This document shows positions 28,501 to 38,658 of a DNA stretch of 64,000 nucleotides, in pieces. The notes under the pieces are model-generated. The model did not search any database. It saw only the letters and a list, made by a program, of their open reading frames with translations, and had not been told where the DNA came from. The DNA comes from Candidatus Eiseniibacteriota bacterium (GTDB lineage Bacteria; Eisenbacteria; RBG-16-71-46). A program made the position numbers and the translations under genes. The stretch lies in assembly GCA_038231135.1 (NCBI GenBank), contig JBBRLX010000006.1, positions 32,001 through 96,000 on the forward strand. Reading direction: 5' to 3'. Position 1 is the stretch's first letter, and the number at the start of each line of letters is the position of its first letter.

Positions 28501-29118
28501 ATGCGATGGACGCGTGTGGTGGCAGCATGCGGGACCCTCGGCGCGATCGGCGCAATCGCGTTCGTGAGTTCGTGCGCCCAGAAGACCAGCGAAACCGCGT
28601 CCACCGGCACGGCGGGGAGTGCCATGACGATGGACCAGCGGCTCGAGCACGGGCGGCGGCTGGCGTTGTCGAGCGGCTGCGTCGACTGTCACACCCCGGG
28701 CTCCCTGTATGGCACGCCGGATACCACGCGCATGCTGTCCGGGAGCGAACTCGGCTGGCAGGGTCCGTGGGGTGTGTCGTATCCGCGCAACCTCACTCCC
28801 GATTCCACGACCGGCCTCGGCACATGGACCGAGGATCAGATCGTGACGGCGTTCACCACCGGCCATCGGCCCGACGGTACCGTGCTGCTGCCGCCGATGC
28901 CGTGGCCCGGCTTCGGGGCCGGCTTCACGCCCGATGACGCCCACGCGCTGGCCGCCTATCTCAAGTCGATCCCGGCCGTGCATCATCAGATGCCTGCGGT
29001 CATGCCGCCGGGCAAGCCCGTCAAGGGCCCGGTGATGATCTTCCCGCCGCCTCCGGCATGGGACGCGCAGAATCTGCCGCCGCCTCCTGGCGCACCGGCG
29101 GCCGCGGGCGCGCACTAA
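28501..29118 (+). CDS. monoheme cytochrome c lipoprotein
   Basis: Lipobox VSSC; GCVDCHTP, NLTPD.TTGLG.W, PPMPW and YLKSIP motifs. Confidence 0.88.
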   Translation: MRWTRVVAACGTLGAIGAIAFVSSCAQKTSETASTGTAGSAMTMDQRLEHGRRLALSSGCVDCHTPGSLYGTPDTTRMLSGSELGWQGPWGVSYPRNLTPDSTTGLGTWTEDQIVTAFTTGHRPDGTVLLPPMPWPGFGAGFTPDDAHALAAYLKSIPAVHHQMPAVMPPGKPVKGPVMIFPPPPAWDAQNLPPPPGAPAAAGAH

Positions 29119-29167
29119 CCGCGTCAAAGGGCCTGCGCGGTTCACGCGCGGCCACGGCATCCAGTAT

Positions 29168-29207
29168 CGCGGCGGGCCCACGACGGGCCCGCCGCGTGTG
29201 TGTGTTT
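29168..29207 (+). terminator. intrinsic terminator
   Basis: CGCGGCGGGCCC-ACGAC-GGGCCCGCCGCG followed by TGTGTGTGTTT. Confidence 0.65.
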
Positions 29208-29243
29208 GGTGGACGCCCGATCGCTTGCTAGCCTCCCCCGCCC

Positions 29244-30257
29244 ATGTCCGATCCAGCGTCGATCCATGCCCCCGCCGTCGAGGTCCGCGGCATCCGCCGC
29301 ACGTTCAAGGCATCGCGCGGCGGCGGCGAAGTGCAGGCGCTCGCGGGTGTGGACGCCCGCATCGAGCGGGGCGAGGTGTTCGGCCTCCTGGGTCCCAACG
29401 GCGCCGGCAAGACCACGCTGATCAAGATCCTCACCACGCTGCTGTACCCGAGCGCCGGCGAGGCGAAGGTCGCGGGCTACGACGTCGTGCGCGAGGACAT
29501 CGAAGTGCGCCGCCGGATCAGCCTGGTGTCGGGCGGCGAGAGCGCGGGCTACGGCATTCTCACCGTGCGCGAGTGCCTGTGGATGTTCTCCCAGTACTAT
29601 GGCGTGCCGTCGTCGGTGGCATGGCCGCGCGTGGATGCCCTGATCGACGTGGTGGGCCTCAAGGAGCACCAGCACTCGCGCATCAACCGGCTGTCGACCG
29701 GGCAGCGGCAGCGCATGAACTTCGCGCGCGGGTTCGTGAGCGACCCCGAGGTGCTGTTCCTCGACGAGCCGACGCTCGGCATGGACGTGACCGCGGCGCG
29801 CCAGCTCCGCACCTACGTCGCCGAGTGGGTGCGCGAGCGGCCCGGCCGCACGGTGCTGCTCACCACCCACTACATGGCCGAGGCCGAGGAGCTGTGCGAC
29901 CGCGTCGCGATCATCGACCGCGGCCGCGTGCTGGCGTGCGACAGCACGGCCGCGCTGCGCCGCCAGGTGCAGGGCGGCCAGCACGTGGAACTGGAGCTGC
30001 GGAACGCGGACGGCGCGCTGGCCGATCTCCGGATGCTCGGCGACACGCCCACGGCGTGGGGGGCGGTCCATCCCGAGCGCGGCACGCGGACGCTCAAGTT
30101 CCTGCTGCCGCCCGGCCGGCCGCTGGTCGACGTGCTGCGGGCGCTCGAGCTCCAGCGCGTGCGCGTGGAAGGCATTGCCACCCACGAGACCACGCTCGAG
30201 GACGTGTTCATCGCGGTGGTGGGACGCGGGCTCGAGGACCTGGAGCCGCCGTCGTGA
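29244..30257 (+). CDS. ABC-2 exporter ATP-binding protein
   Basis: GPNGAGKT, LSTGQ, FLDEPT and TTHY motifs. Confidence 0.93.
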   Translation: MSDPASIHAPAVEVRGIRRTFKASRGGGEVQALAGVDARIERGEVFGLLGPNGAGKTTLIKILTTLLYPSAGEAKVAGYDVVREDIEVRRRISLVSGGESAGYGILTVRECLWMFSQYYGVPSSVAWPRVDALIDVVGLKEHQHSRINRLSTGQRQRMNFARGFVSDPEVLFLDEPTLGMDVTAARQLRTYVAEWVRERPGRTVLLTTHYMAEAEELCDRVAIIDRGRVLACDSTAALRRQVQGGQHVELELRNADGALADLRMLGDTPTAWGAVHPERGTRTLKFLLPPGRPLVDVLRALELQRVRVEGIATHETTLEDVFIAVVGRGLEDLEPPS

Positions 30258-31081
30258 GCACCACGATCGTCCGCGGTCCGGCGCTCGAGGTGCGCGCGTG
30301 CCTGGCGCGCGCGTACGTGCGGCTCGTGGGATCGGTGCGGGAGCCGTCGTGGATCATCAACGACGCGGTGTTCCCGGCACTCGGCATGGTCGCGTTCGTG
30401 CTGCTGTACCGCGCGCTGGGCGCGCCGCGCAGCTACGAGGCGGTGGCCGTGATCGGCGGCATCCTGTCCACGTTCTGGCTCAACGTGCTGTGGGGCATGG
30501 GCGCCCAGCTCTACTGGGAGAAGCAGCAGGGCCAGCTCCAGTTGTATTTCGCGGCGCCGTGCTCGCGCATGGCGATCCTCGCCGGCATGGCGCTGGGCGG
30601 CCTCGGCATGACCTCGGTGCGCGCGATCTTCGGCATCGCCCTCGGGTTCGGCGTGTTCGGCGTGCGCGTGCAGCCATTCTCGATCGGCGAACTGCTGGGC
30701 GTGTTCCTGCTGACGATGTTCGCGCTGTATGCGCTCGGCATGGTGCTCGCGTCACTGTTCCTGTTGTATGGCCGCGAGGCGTGGCATCTGTGCAACGCGC
30801 TCACCGAGCCGGTGTACTTCCTGTCGGGAATGTACTTTCCGCTGCGCACGCTGGGAGCGCTCGGCGGCGTGGTCGCGGGGATCATCCCGCTCGCGCTCGG
30901 CATCGACGCCATGCGCCAGGTGCTGCTCGGCCGCGGCGCCCACGGCATGCTGCCGGTCGCCCTGGAGGCCGGGATCCTCGCCGCGCTGGGCGCGGCGCTG
31001 CTGGTGCTGGCGCGGTTCACGCTGCGTTACCTCGAGGGCCTGTCGAAGCGCGAAGGCCGGCTCACCCAGCGATGGCAGTGA
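30254..31081 (+). CDS. ABC-2 exporter permease
   Basis: About 6 TM helices, EKQQGQL and LSGMYFP; GTGA overlap with the ATPase gene. Confidence 0.88.
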   Translation: MSTTIVRGPALEVRACLARAYVRLVGSVREPSWIINDAVFPALGMVAFVLLYRALGAPRSYEAVAVIGGILSTFWLNVLWGMGAQLYWEKQQGQLQLYFAAPCSRMAILAGMALGGLGMTSVRAIFGIALGFGVFGVRVQPFSIGELLGVFLLTMFALYALGMVLASLFLLYGREAWHLCNALTEPVYFLSGMYFPLRTLGALGGVVAGIIPLALGIDAMRQVLLGRGAHGMLPVALEAGILAALGAALLVLARFTLRYLEGLSKREGRLTQRWQ

Positions 31082-31085
31082 CGCG

Positions 31086-31928
31086 ATGACGGCGCTCGTA
31101 CAGCGCGCCCGCGCCGCCGCCTGGCTCGGCTGGCAGATCGAATCGAACTGGGCGGACTGGTTCACGTTCTCGGTCTACACGCTGATCCGTCCGATCGGCA
31201 CCGCGCTGATCCTCGGCGGCATGTACTGGGCCGTCGGCGGCGCTGCCCGCCACGCGTCGCTGTTCGCGGCGTTCTACCTCGCCAACGCGTTGCACGAGTA
31301 CGTCACGCGCGTGCTCGTCGGCATGGGCTGGGTCGTGGTCGAGGAACGCGAGGACTACGAGACGCTCAAGCTGGTATACACCTCGCCGGTCGGCATGCGC
31401 ACGTACCTGCTGGGCCGGGCCGGCGTGAAGTTCGGCCTCGCGACCTGCAGCGCCGTGCTGGTGCTGGCGCTCGGCTGGTTCGCGCTCGGCGTGCGGTGGC
31501 ACTGGGGCGACGTGCGCTGGCTGCCGCTCGCGGTCGCGGTCGGGATGATCCTGGTCTCGACGCTGTTCCTGGGGTTCCTCGTCGCCGGGTTCGCGCTGCT
31601 GCTGACGCGCGCCGCCGTGAGCATGAACGAAGGCGTGTCGATCGGACTCTATCTGCTGTGCGGCGTGATCTTCCCGATCGACCTGCTGCCGCATGGCCTG
31701 CGTGAGGTGGCGCTGGTGCTGCCGTTCACCTACGGCTACGAAGCCGTGCGCCGGTTCGTGCTGGGACACGGCGCGAGCGCCATGCTCGGCCGCCTCGGCG
31801 ACGTCCAGTTGCTGGGGATGCTGGCGCTCACGACGGCGCTGATCTCGGTGATCGGCTATCGCGGCTACGGCGCGCTCGAACGCAAGGCGCGGCGGGAGGG
31901 CAAGCTGGACCAGACGACGATGTTCTGA
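31086..31928 (+). CDS. ABC-2 exporter permease
   Basis: About 6 TM helices, EREDYETL, GVIFPIDLLP and LPFTY. Confidence 0.88.
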   Translation: MTALVQRARAAAWLGWQIESNWADWFTFSVYTLIRPIGTALILGGMYWAVGGAARHASLFAAFYLANALHEYVTRVLVGMGWVVVEEREDYETLKLVYTSPVGMRTYLLGRAGVKFGLATCSAVLVLALGWFALGVRWHWGDVRWLPLAVAVGMILVSTLFLGFLVAGFALLLTRAAVSMNEGVSIGLYLLCGVIFPIDLLPHGLREVALVLPFTYGYEAVRRFVLGHGASAMLGRLGDVQLLGMLALTTALISVIGYRGYGALERKARREGKLDQTTMF

Positions 31929-31937
31929 ACGGCGTCG

Positions 31938-34583
31938 CTACTTCGCCGGGTCCGCCTCGCCGGTCTGGGAGTAATTCGCCTCGAGCCACGTCGCCGCGTC
32001 GCCGCCTTCGCGTTCGCGCAACTCCGCGCACTCCCGAATGGCCTGGGACATCTGTGTGAATTCCTGCTCGGTGCCCGCGGGATGGTGGCGGGGGTCGTCG
32101 AAGTACGTCTGCGCCGCCGCCACCTGCTGCGGCGAGCAGCCCTGCACGATGCGCGGCAGCGCCACCGCGTAGCTCGCCGGCATGCGGGACGTGATCGCGT
32201 CGTAGTTCGTCGCCAGCCACAGGAACAGGTCGTCGTCGAACCGGCCCGAATTCGCGATGCCCGTCGGAATGCGCAGACGCTCGCCGGCGTCGAGCGGGCC
32301 GCGCATCGAGTAGTCGAGCGCGCGGTGCACCAGCGCCCGCGTGCCGAAGCTGCCGATCGCGTCGAGGAATCGCGCCCGCTCCTCGGGCGTCGCCGCCACT
32401 TCGAAGCGTTGCGCATATTCCGAGAACAGCGTCGTGTCGCCGCGGATCGCGGCAATCTGCAGCGCCGCGTCCGCCACCGACGGGGCGATCGACTCGGGGG
32501 ACTTGAGGAACGCCGCGGTCAGCGCCTCGCCCCGCGCCATCACGCCCGCGTCGTGGCCCTGGAATGCCAGGCGCCGCATCAACTCGGGCCGCAGCTCGCC
32601 CACCGCCTCGGATTCACCCGGCCGCGGATTCGCGCCGATATGGTCGAGTGCCGGCGACAGCGTGGCGTGCACGTAGCCCGCGAACAGCGGCTCCGAGCCC
32701 GGCAGCGAGAACGGCCGGCGCACGTGATCGAGCGCCGCCATCACCGCGGTCAGCACGTCGGCGTCGGGGTCGGCGCCGAAGCGCCGCACCGCAGCGAGGT
32801 ACTCGCCGCCATGGATCACGCCGGCGTCGAGCAGCGCGATCAGGTTGTAGACGAACGCCACGCGCTCGCGGGGCGTGAGCAGCTGCTGGGACACCGCGCC
32901 GATCGCGTCGAGCATCGTGTCGGGCACCTGCCAGCGGTAGTAGCCGCGCGCGTCGAGGTCGGGCAGCACCCAGCGCGTGCTGCGGCCGGTCGGCAGATCC
33001 ACCGACTGCGTGGCTTCGGTGAGGAACACGATTTCGGCGTGCAGCGTGGCGCCGTCCGAATACTTGATCGCCACCGGTACGTTCCAGCGCTGTGGGCCGG
33101 CGGCCGCGCCGTCGGTGCGGAGCCGCTGCTGGTGCAGCACCAGGCGACCGTTCTCGAACAGCTCGCAGCTCACGAGCGGCACGCCCGGCTGATCGAGAAA
33201 CGTGCGCATCGGCGCCGCCATGTCGCGACCGGACGCCTCGCCCAGCGACTTCCACAGGTCGCCCGCGGTGGCGGTCTTCCAGGCGTTGTCCCGCAGGTAG
33301 CGGCTCACGCCGTTCTGGAACACGTCGGTTCCGAGCCACTGCTCGAACATCCCGAGCACCGCCTGGCCCTTGTCGTAGGACAGGCCGTCGGCGAGGTCGC
33401 CGAGCTGGTCCGGCGCGTCGACGCGGCGCCGGATCGGGTGCGTGTTCGGCCGGGCGTCGGCTGCCATCGCCCGGTGCGCTCCCACGACGTCGCCCTGGCT
33501 GGTGCGGTACTCGGGGAACACCTGGTCCGAGATCCTGCCGCCCATCCACGACGCGAACGCCTCCGACAGCCACAGGTCGTCCCACCAGCGCATCGTCACC
33601 AGGTCGCCGAACCACATGTGGGCCAGTTCGTGCGCCATCACGCGCACCAGCTGGCGGCGCGGGCCGGGCAGCGCGTGGTCGGGATCGATGAGCAGCAGTT
33701 TGTCGTTGAACATGACGGCGCCCGGATTCTCCATGGCACCGTAGGCGTAGCCCGGCACCGCGATCACGTCGAGCTTGTCGAACGGATAGGCCTGACCGAA
33801 GTAGTCCTCGAGCGGTTTGAGCAGCGCCGGCACGACGCGCGCCGCCTGGCCGGTGAGGCGGGACTGCCCGGCGCACGTGATGATGCGTCCCGGCACCGAC
33901 AGGCCCGGAATCTCGACGGCCTCGAACGGCCCGGTCGCGAACGCGACGAGGTACGACGGCAGCGGTGGCGTGGTGCGGAACACCACGGCCTTCTGCTCGC
34001 CGACCGGCGTCTCCTTGTCGACCGCGGCGTTCGAGATCGCGAGCTGATCCTTGGGCAGGATCAGCGTGATCTGCCACGGGATCTTGAACTCGGGTTCATC
34101 CCAGCACGGGAATGCGCGGCGCGCGGCGGCCGGCTCGAACTGGGTGAACGCGTAGCTCCGGCCGTCCACCGTGAGCTTGTAGAACCCGGACCCGTCGGCG
34201 CCGAATCGCGCATCGAAGTCGAGCGCCAGCGTGCACGCGCCCGGTTCCAGCGCAGGCGACACGTGCGCCGTGACCATGCCGTCGCGTTCGGGGCCGAGCG
34301 TGATCGCGTACGCGTGCTTGTCCGAGCGCAGCGACGCCGCGGAGAAGCTCAGATCGCGGGCGTGGAACCGGAACGAGTCGGAGCGCTCCCGCACGTCGAG
34401 GTCGATGCGCACGGACCCGCGATAGCCGTCCTGCCCGGCGTCGACCGCGAGGCGGACTGCCTCCGCGGTGGGCACGACGCCGTGGCCGAGACGGGTATCG
34501 GTGGGACTCGCCGGCGCGCCGCGGGCGCTCGTCAGCGGCGCCAGCACGAGCGCGAGTGGCAGCAGGAAACCCCTGAGACGCAT
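31938..34583 (-). CDS. secreted M1 aminopeptidase with ERAP1-like C terminus
   Basis: TQFE, AFPCWDEP, GAMEN, HELAH...WLSE and YDKG motifs. Confidence 0.93.
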   Translation of the reverse strand: MRLRGFLLPLALVLAPLTSARGAPASPTDTRLGHGVVPTAEAVRLAVDAGQDGYRGSVRIDLDVRERSDSFRFHARDLSFSAASLRSDKHAYAITLGPERDGMVTAHVSPALEPGACTLALDFDARFGADGSGFYKLTVDGRSYAFTQFEPAAARRAFPCWDEPEFKIPWQITLILPKDQLAISNAAVDKETPVGEQKAVVFRTTPPLPSYLVAFATGPFEAVEIPGLSVPGRIITCAGQSRLTGQAARVVPALLKPLEDYFGQAYPFDKLDVIAVPGYAYGAMENPGAVMFNDKLLLIDPDHALPGPRRQLVRVMAHELAHMWFGDLVTMRWWDDLWLSEAFASWMGGRISDQVFPEYRTSQGDVVGAHRAMAADARPNTHPIRRRVDAPDQLGDLADGLSYDKGQAVLGMFEQWLGTDVFQNGVSRYLRDNAWKTATAGDLWKSLGEASGRDMAAPMRTFLDQPGVPLVSCELFENGRLVLHQQRLRTDGAAAGPQRWNVPVAIKYSDGATLHAEIVFLTEATQSVDLPTGRSTRWVLPDLDARGYYRWQVPDTMLDAIGAVSQQLLTPRERVAFVYNLIALLDAGVIHGGEYLAAVRRFGADPDADVLTAVMAALDHVRRPFSLPGSEPLFAGYVHATLSPALDHIGANPRPGESEAVGELRPELMRRLAFQGHDAGVMARGEALTAAFLKSPESIAPSVADAALQIAAIRGDTTLFSEYAQRFEVAATPEERARFLDAIGSFGTRALVHRALDYSMRGPLDAGERLRIPTGIANSGRFDDDLFLWLATNYDAITSRMPASYAVALPRIVQGCSPQQVAAAQTYFDDPRHHPAGTEQEFTQMSQAIRECAELREREGGDAATWLEANYSQTGEADPAK

Positions 34584-34778
34584 GCAGACCCTCCTCGTGC
34601 GGGGTTATCGGCCGGGAACGGGCCGAGAAACAGGGGTCTCGGGGCCGCAGCGGGCGGCGGCCGCGGTTCGCCCCCGCCCGCCACCCGCTCGTCACGGACC
34701 GGACGGTCGCCCGGGGTCCGGTTGCTACGCTCGTGCGAGTCGAAGCGCCGGGACCACACTCTGCCAGGAGCCGTCCGT

Positions 34779-36557
34779 ATGCGTGCCAGCTGGAACGCCA
34801 CCGGCGTGCTGATCGCCGCCATCGCGCTGATCGTCGCCGCCATGTCGATCGCCGTCGTGCCCGTCATCGCCCGGGCCCAGACGTTCACCCGCATCACCGA
34901 TCCCGCGAACCCCATCGTGACCGAGATCGCCGAATCGGCCGGCGGCTCGTGGATCGACCTGAACGGCGACGGCCTGCTCGACCTGTTCATCGCCAAGGGC
35001 AATCTCTCGAACCAGAACGACGGGCTGTATCTCAATCGTGGAGCGTTCGTATTCCAGGCCGTCACGACCGGACCGGTCGTCGGCTCCGGCGGCTCGTCGA
35101 TCGGCGGCGCATGGGGCGACTGGAACGGCGACGGCAGGCCCGACCTGTTCGTCGCGAACCGCTCCTCGTTCGGCAATTTCCTGTTTCGCGGGCTGGGCGA
35201 CACGGCGTTCGTGAGCGACACGAGCGGCACCGTCACCACCGATCTCGCGAACAGCAACAGCGCCGCGTGGCTGGACCTCGACAACGACGGCGATCTGGAC
35301 CTGTACGTCGTGAATTTCCAGGGCGACGACTTCTTCTATCGCAACGCGGGCTCGCCCACCTGGGCGCTGTCGCGCGTGGTGCTGCCCACGATCGGCATCG
35401 GCGGCGAGTTCTCGATCCACGGCACCTGGGCGGACTTCGACAACGACGGCGATCTCGACCTGTTCGTCGCGAACGGCGGCCCGCAGAACGACGACCTGTA
35501 CGTGAACCAGGGCAACCTCACGTTCGTCCGGCGCTCCCTCAACGATGGCCTGTCGACCATCGGCGGCAGCTGGGGGGACTACGACAACGACGGCTACCTG
35601 GATCTGTTCGCGACGTCGAATCAGAACCAGCCGTCGGTGCTCTATCACAACGACGGACCGCCGAACTGGACGTTGACGCCGGTCTCCGCGAGCGTGTTTT
35701 CGGGACTCGCCGCCGCCGCGGTCGGGAGCGCGTGGGGCGACGTCGACAACGACGGCGACCTCGACCTGCTGGTGGCGTGCGACAACGGCCAGAACGAAGC
35801 GCTGTTCCTGAACGACTCGGAACACGGCACGTTCACCCGCGTGACGTCCGGTCCGCTGGTCGCGAGCGGCGGCAATTCGTTCGGGTGCTCGTTCGCCGAC
35901 ATCGATCGCGATGGTGACCTCGACGTGTTCGTCGCGAACCGGTCGAACCAGCAGAGCTTCCTGTTCCGCAACGACTCGCCGCCGGGCTCGTGGCTCGGCG
36001 TCCGGCTGCGCGGCCCCGCCTGGAATTCCGCCGGTGTCGGCGCGCGCGTGCGCGTGCTCGCGAGCCCGGCCGGCACGCCGCGCTGGCAGATGCAGCAGGT
36101 GCTGCCGAGCACCGGCTACAACAGCCAGAACCTGGAGCTGCATTTCGGGCTCGGGCAATCGACGGTCGTGGACAGCGTCGAGATACAGTGGCCGGACGGC
36201 ACGCTTCAGCGGCTCGCCGGAGTGGCCGGTGGGCAGGTGGTGGTGATCTCGGAGCATCCGACCGGCGGCGTGCCGACGGCGCCGGGCACGGCGGGACCGC
36301 GGCTCGCACTCGCGAGCGCCAATCCTGTGCGCGGGCCCGCGGATCTGGCGATCACGCTCGCGCTGGCCGGCAGCGTCTCGATCTCGATCGTCGACATCCA
36401 CGGGCGACTGCGCGGGACGCCCGAGGTGCGCTCCCTGCCGGCGGGACGGTCGACGCTGCGCCTCGCGGCGACCGCGGCGCTCGAGCCCGGGGTGTTCTGG
36501 GTGCGGGCGCGCGGTGCCGACGGGCAGAGCGCGCTGCGCGTGGCCGTGCTGCGCTGA
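34779..36557 (+). CDS. CRTAC1/ASPIC-UnbV family FG-GAP repeat protein with a C-terminal sorting-like Ig domain
   Basis: Seven DxDNDGDLDL-type repeats; GVGARV and LHFGLG..IQWPDG motifs; tail NPVRG...IVDIHGR...PGVFWVR. Confidence 0.88.
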   Translation: MRASWNATGVLIAAIALIVAAMSIAVVPVIARAQTFTRITDPANPIVTEIAESAGGSWIDLNGDGLLDLFIAKGNLSNQNDGLYLNRGAFVFQAVTTGPVVGSGGSSIGGAWGDWNGDGRPDLFVANRSSFGNFLFRGLGDTAFVSDTSGTVTTDLANSNSAAWLDLDNDGDLDLYVVNFQGDDFFYRNAGSPTWALSRVVLPTIGIGGEFSIHGTWADFDNDGDLDLFVANGGPQNDDLYVNQGNLTFVRRSLNDGLSTIGGSWGDYDNDGYLDLFATSNQNQPSVLYHNDGPPNWTLTPVSASVFSGLAAAAVGSAWGDVDNDGDLDLLVACDNGQNEALFLNDSEHGTFTRVTSGPLVASGGNSFGCSFADIDRDGDLDVFVANRSNQQSFLFRNDSPPGSWLGVRLRGPAWNSAGVGARVRVLASPAGTPRWQMQQVLPSTGYNSQNLELHFGLGQSTVVDSVEIQWPDGTLQRLAGVAGGQVVVISEHPTGGVPTAPGTAGPRLALASANPVRGPADLAITLALAGSVSISIVDIHGRLRGTPEVRSLPAGRSTLRLAATAALEPGVFWVRARGADGQSALRVAVLR

Positions 36558-36584
36558 TGCAGGGTGTGCAGTAGCCTTTCCCGC

Positions 36585-37769
36585 ATGACGACCACGAAGC
36601 GGCACCACGAGCGGCGCCGGCTCGCCCTGGCGTGGGTGGCCGGATGGCTCGCGCTCGGCATCCTCGAGGTCAGCCAGAATCTGATGCAGGCGCGGGCCGT
36701 GGGGGTGAAACCGGACCTGCGCGGGGCCGTCGGGATTCCGGGGATCGAGATGCTGTTCTGGGCATTGATGACGCCGGCGGTCCTCTGGATCCACGCCCGC
36801 GCACCGTTGCGCCGGGGACGCCTCGCCGCGTCGGTGGCGAAGCACCTGGTCGCCTGCGTCGCGCTGTCGGTCCTCCAGTCCCTGATCTCCGGGCCGTTCA
36901 TCATCGCGCTCGGCTTGTTCAAGACCTGGCGCTGGTCCTACGCGCACCTGTTGTCCGGTATGGTGACCGGGAAACTGGTGCAGAATGTCCTCACCTACGC
37001 GGCGATCGTCGCCGTGGCTCACGGCTATCGGCTGTGGGACCGGGTCCGCGCCCACGAACTCGACGCGACGCGGCTCGAGGCCCGGCTCGCCGAAGCGCGC
37101 CTCGACGTGCTGCGCATGCAGCTCCAGCCGCACTTCCTGTTCAACACGCTGAACGCGGTGTCGAGCTTGATGCGCCACGACGTCGCCGCCGCCGACCGGG
37201 TGCTGACGCGGCTGTCCGATCTGCTGCGGCTCGCCATGGACCACAATGACGCGCGCGACGTGTCGCTGCGGGATGAGATCGAATTCCTGAGCGGCTACCT
37301 GGAGATCCAGAAGATCCGCTTCGGGGACCGCTTCCGCTTCGTCGTCACGATCGACCCGGCGGCGCTCGACCTGCGAATCCCCCCGCTGCTGCTGCAGCCA
37401 CTGGTCGAGAACGCGATCCGGCACGGCCTCAAGAATCGCGTCAAAGGCGGAGTGGTCGAAGTCGAGGCCCGTCTCGACCGGGGGCGGCTGATCGTGGAGG
37501 TTCGCGACAACGGCGTCGGCCTGGCAGCCGCGGCGGAATCCCGCGCGACGCCGTGGGCATCCGCGACGGCAAACGGCTCCGAAGCTACGGCCGCGTTTCC
37601 GGGGCGCCCTGCAGGGCGCGGCCTCGCGAATACCCGCGCGCGGCTCGCCTACTTCTATGGGCCCGCGCACCGGTTCGAGACGTCGTCGCCGCCGGCGGGG
37701 GGGACGGTGTTCCGGATCGAAGCGCCCGTCCAGCCCGCCGACGGCTCGGCCGCCGAGGCCAAAGCGTGA
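36585..37769 (+). CDS. LytS/YehU-type sensor histidine kinase
   Basis: TM helices; QLQPHFLFNTLN, LQPLVENAIRHG, DNGVG and GLAN motifs. Confidence 0.92.
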   Translation: MTTTKRHHERRRLALAWVAGWLALGILEVSQNLMQARAVGVKPDLRGAVGIPGIEMLFWALMTPAVLWIHARAPLRRGRLAASVAKHLVACVALSVLQSLISGPFIIALGLFKTWRWSYAHLLSGMVTGKLVQNVLTYAAIVAVAHGYRLWDRVRAHELDATRLEARLAEARLDVLRMQLQPHFLFNTLNAVSSLMRHDVAAADRVLTRLSDLLRLAMDHNDARDVSLRDEIEFLSGYLEIQKIRFGDRFRFVVTIDPAALDLRIPPLLLQPLVENAIRHGLKNRVKGGVVEVEARLDRGRLIVEVRDNGVGLAAAAESRATPWASATANGSEATAAFPGRPAGRGLANTRARLAYFYGPAHRFETSSPPAGGTVFRIEAPVQPADGSAAEAKA

Positions 37770-38599
37770 GCGAAGGCGCCGGCCGTCCGGACGCCGCCCC
37801 GGGCGAGGACGCCGCCGAGGCGCCGCGCATCCGGCTGCGCGTCCTGCTGATCGACGACGAAGCGCCGGCCCGCGACAAGCTGCGCTCGATGCTCGTCCGG
37901 GAACCGGATGTGGAGGTGGTGGGGGAATGCGCCACGGGCCTCGAGGCGCTGGAGTGGATCCGCCGCGACCGGCCGGATCTGGTGTTCCTCGACATCGAGA
38001 TGCCGCAACTCGATGGGCTATCGATGCTGACGGCTCTCGGATCGGAGAACGTGCCCGCCGTGGTGTTCGTGACCGCGTATGACCGCTACGCGATCGAGGC
38101 GTTCGAGGTCCATGCGCTGGATTACCTGCTCAAGCCGTTCGACCAGGATCGCCTCACTCGATCGCTGAGCCACGTGCGCCGCATCCTCGAGACCGCGCCG
38201 GGCGTGTTCGGAACGCGCGTGGCGGGATTGATCGACGCGCTGCGGCATGCCCCGGAGTTCGAGTTGCGGCTGGTCGTGAAGGACGGCGACCGCGTCACGT
38301 TCATCGAGGTCGGCGACATCGACTGGGTGCAGGCGGCCGGCAACTACGTCGAGATCCATGCGGGTCCGGAGCGGCACCTGCTGCGCGAGACGCTCAAGGC
38401 GCTCGAGGCGCGTCTGGACGGCCGGCGCTTCGTTCGCATCCATCGCTCGGCGCTCGTGAACCTCGACCGCATTCGCGACATGCGCGCCGGCGACCACGGC
38501 GAGTATCACATCACGCTCACCGATGGCCGGCGATTGAAGGCGGGCCGGGGCGCGAGCGCGCTGCTGAGGCAGCGGCTGGCGGGTCGCGAGTCGCGCTGA
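37766..38599 (+). CDS. LytTR family response regulator
   Basis: IDDE, FLDIEMP, TAYD, DYLLKP and FVRIHRS motifs. Confidence 0.93.
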   Translation: MSEGAGRPDAAPGEDAAEAPRIRLRVLLIDDEAPARDKLRSMLVREPDVEVVGECATGLEALEWIRRDRPDLVFLDIEMPQLDGLSMLTALGSENVPAVVFVTAYDRYAIEAFEVHALDYLLKPFDQDRLTRSLSHVRRILETAPGVFGTRVAGLIDALRHAPEFELRLVVKDGDRVTFIEVGDIDWVQAAGNYVEIHAGPERHLLRETLKALEARLDGRRFVRIHRSALVNLDRIRDMRAGDHGEYHITLTDGRRLKAGRGASALLRQRLAGRESR

Positions 38600-38658
38600 C
38601 CGCGGCCGCGGGCGGGACCGCGCGATGCATTTCCGCGGCGAAGGGCTAAGCTGCCGCC

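Noticed and set aside
32082..34778. N-terminal 900 aa of the 1491-aa ORF, and similar long extensions of ORFs 3100, 9743, 14660, 29198 and 57683
   Set aside because: Antisense or alternative-frame shadows of real genes in high-GC DNA. True starts were reassigned using RBS, overlaps and motifs.
34950..35940. Recurring GACAACGACGGCGA-like repeats as a CRISPR array
   Set aside because: Degenerate, in frame and irregularly spaced; they encode FG-GAP DxDNDGD motifs. No cas genes are present.
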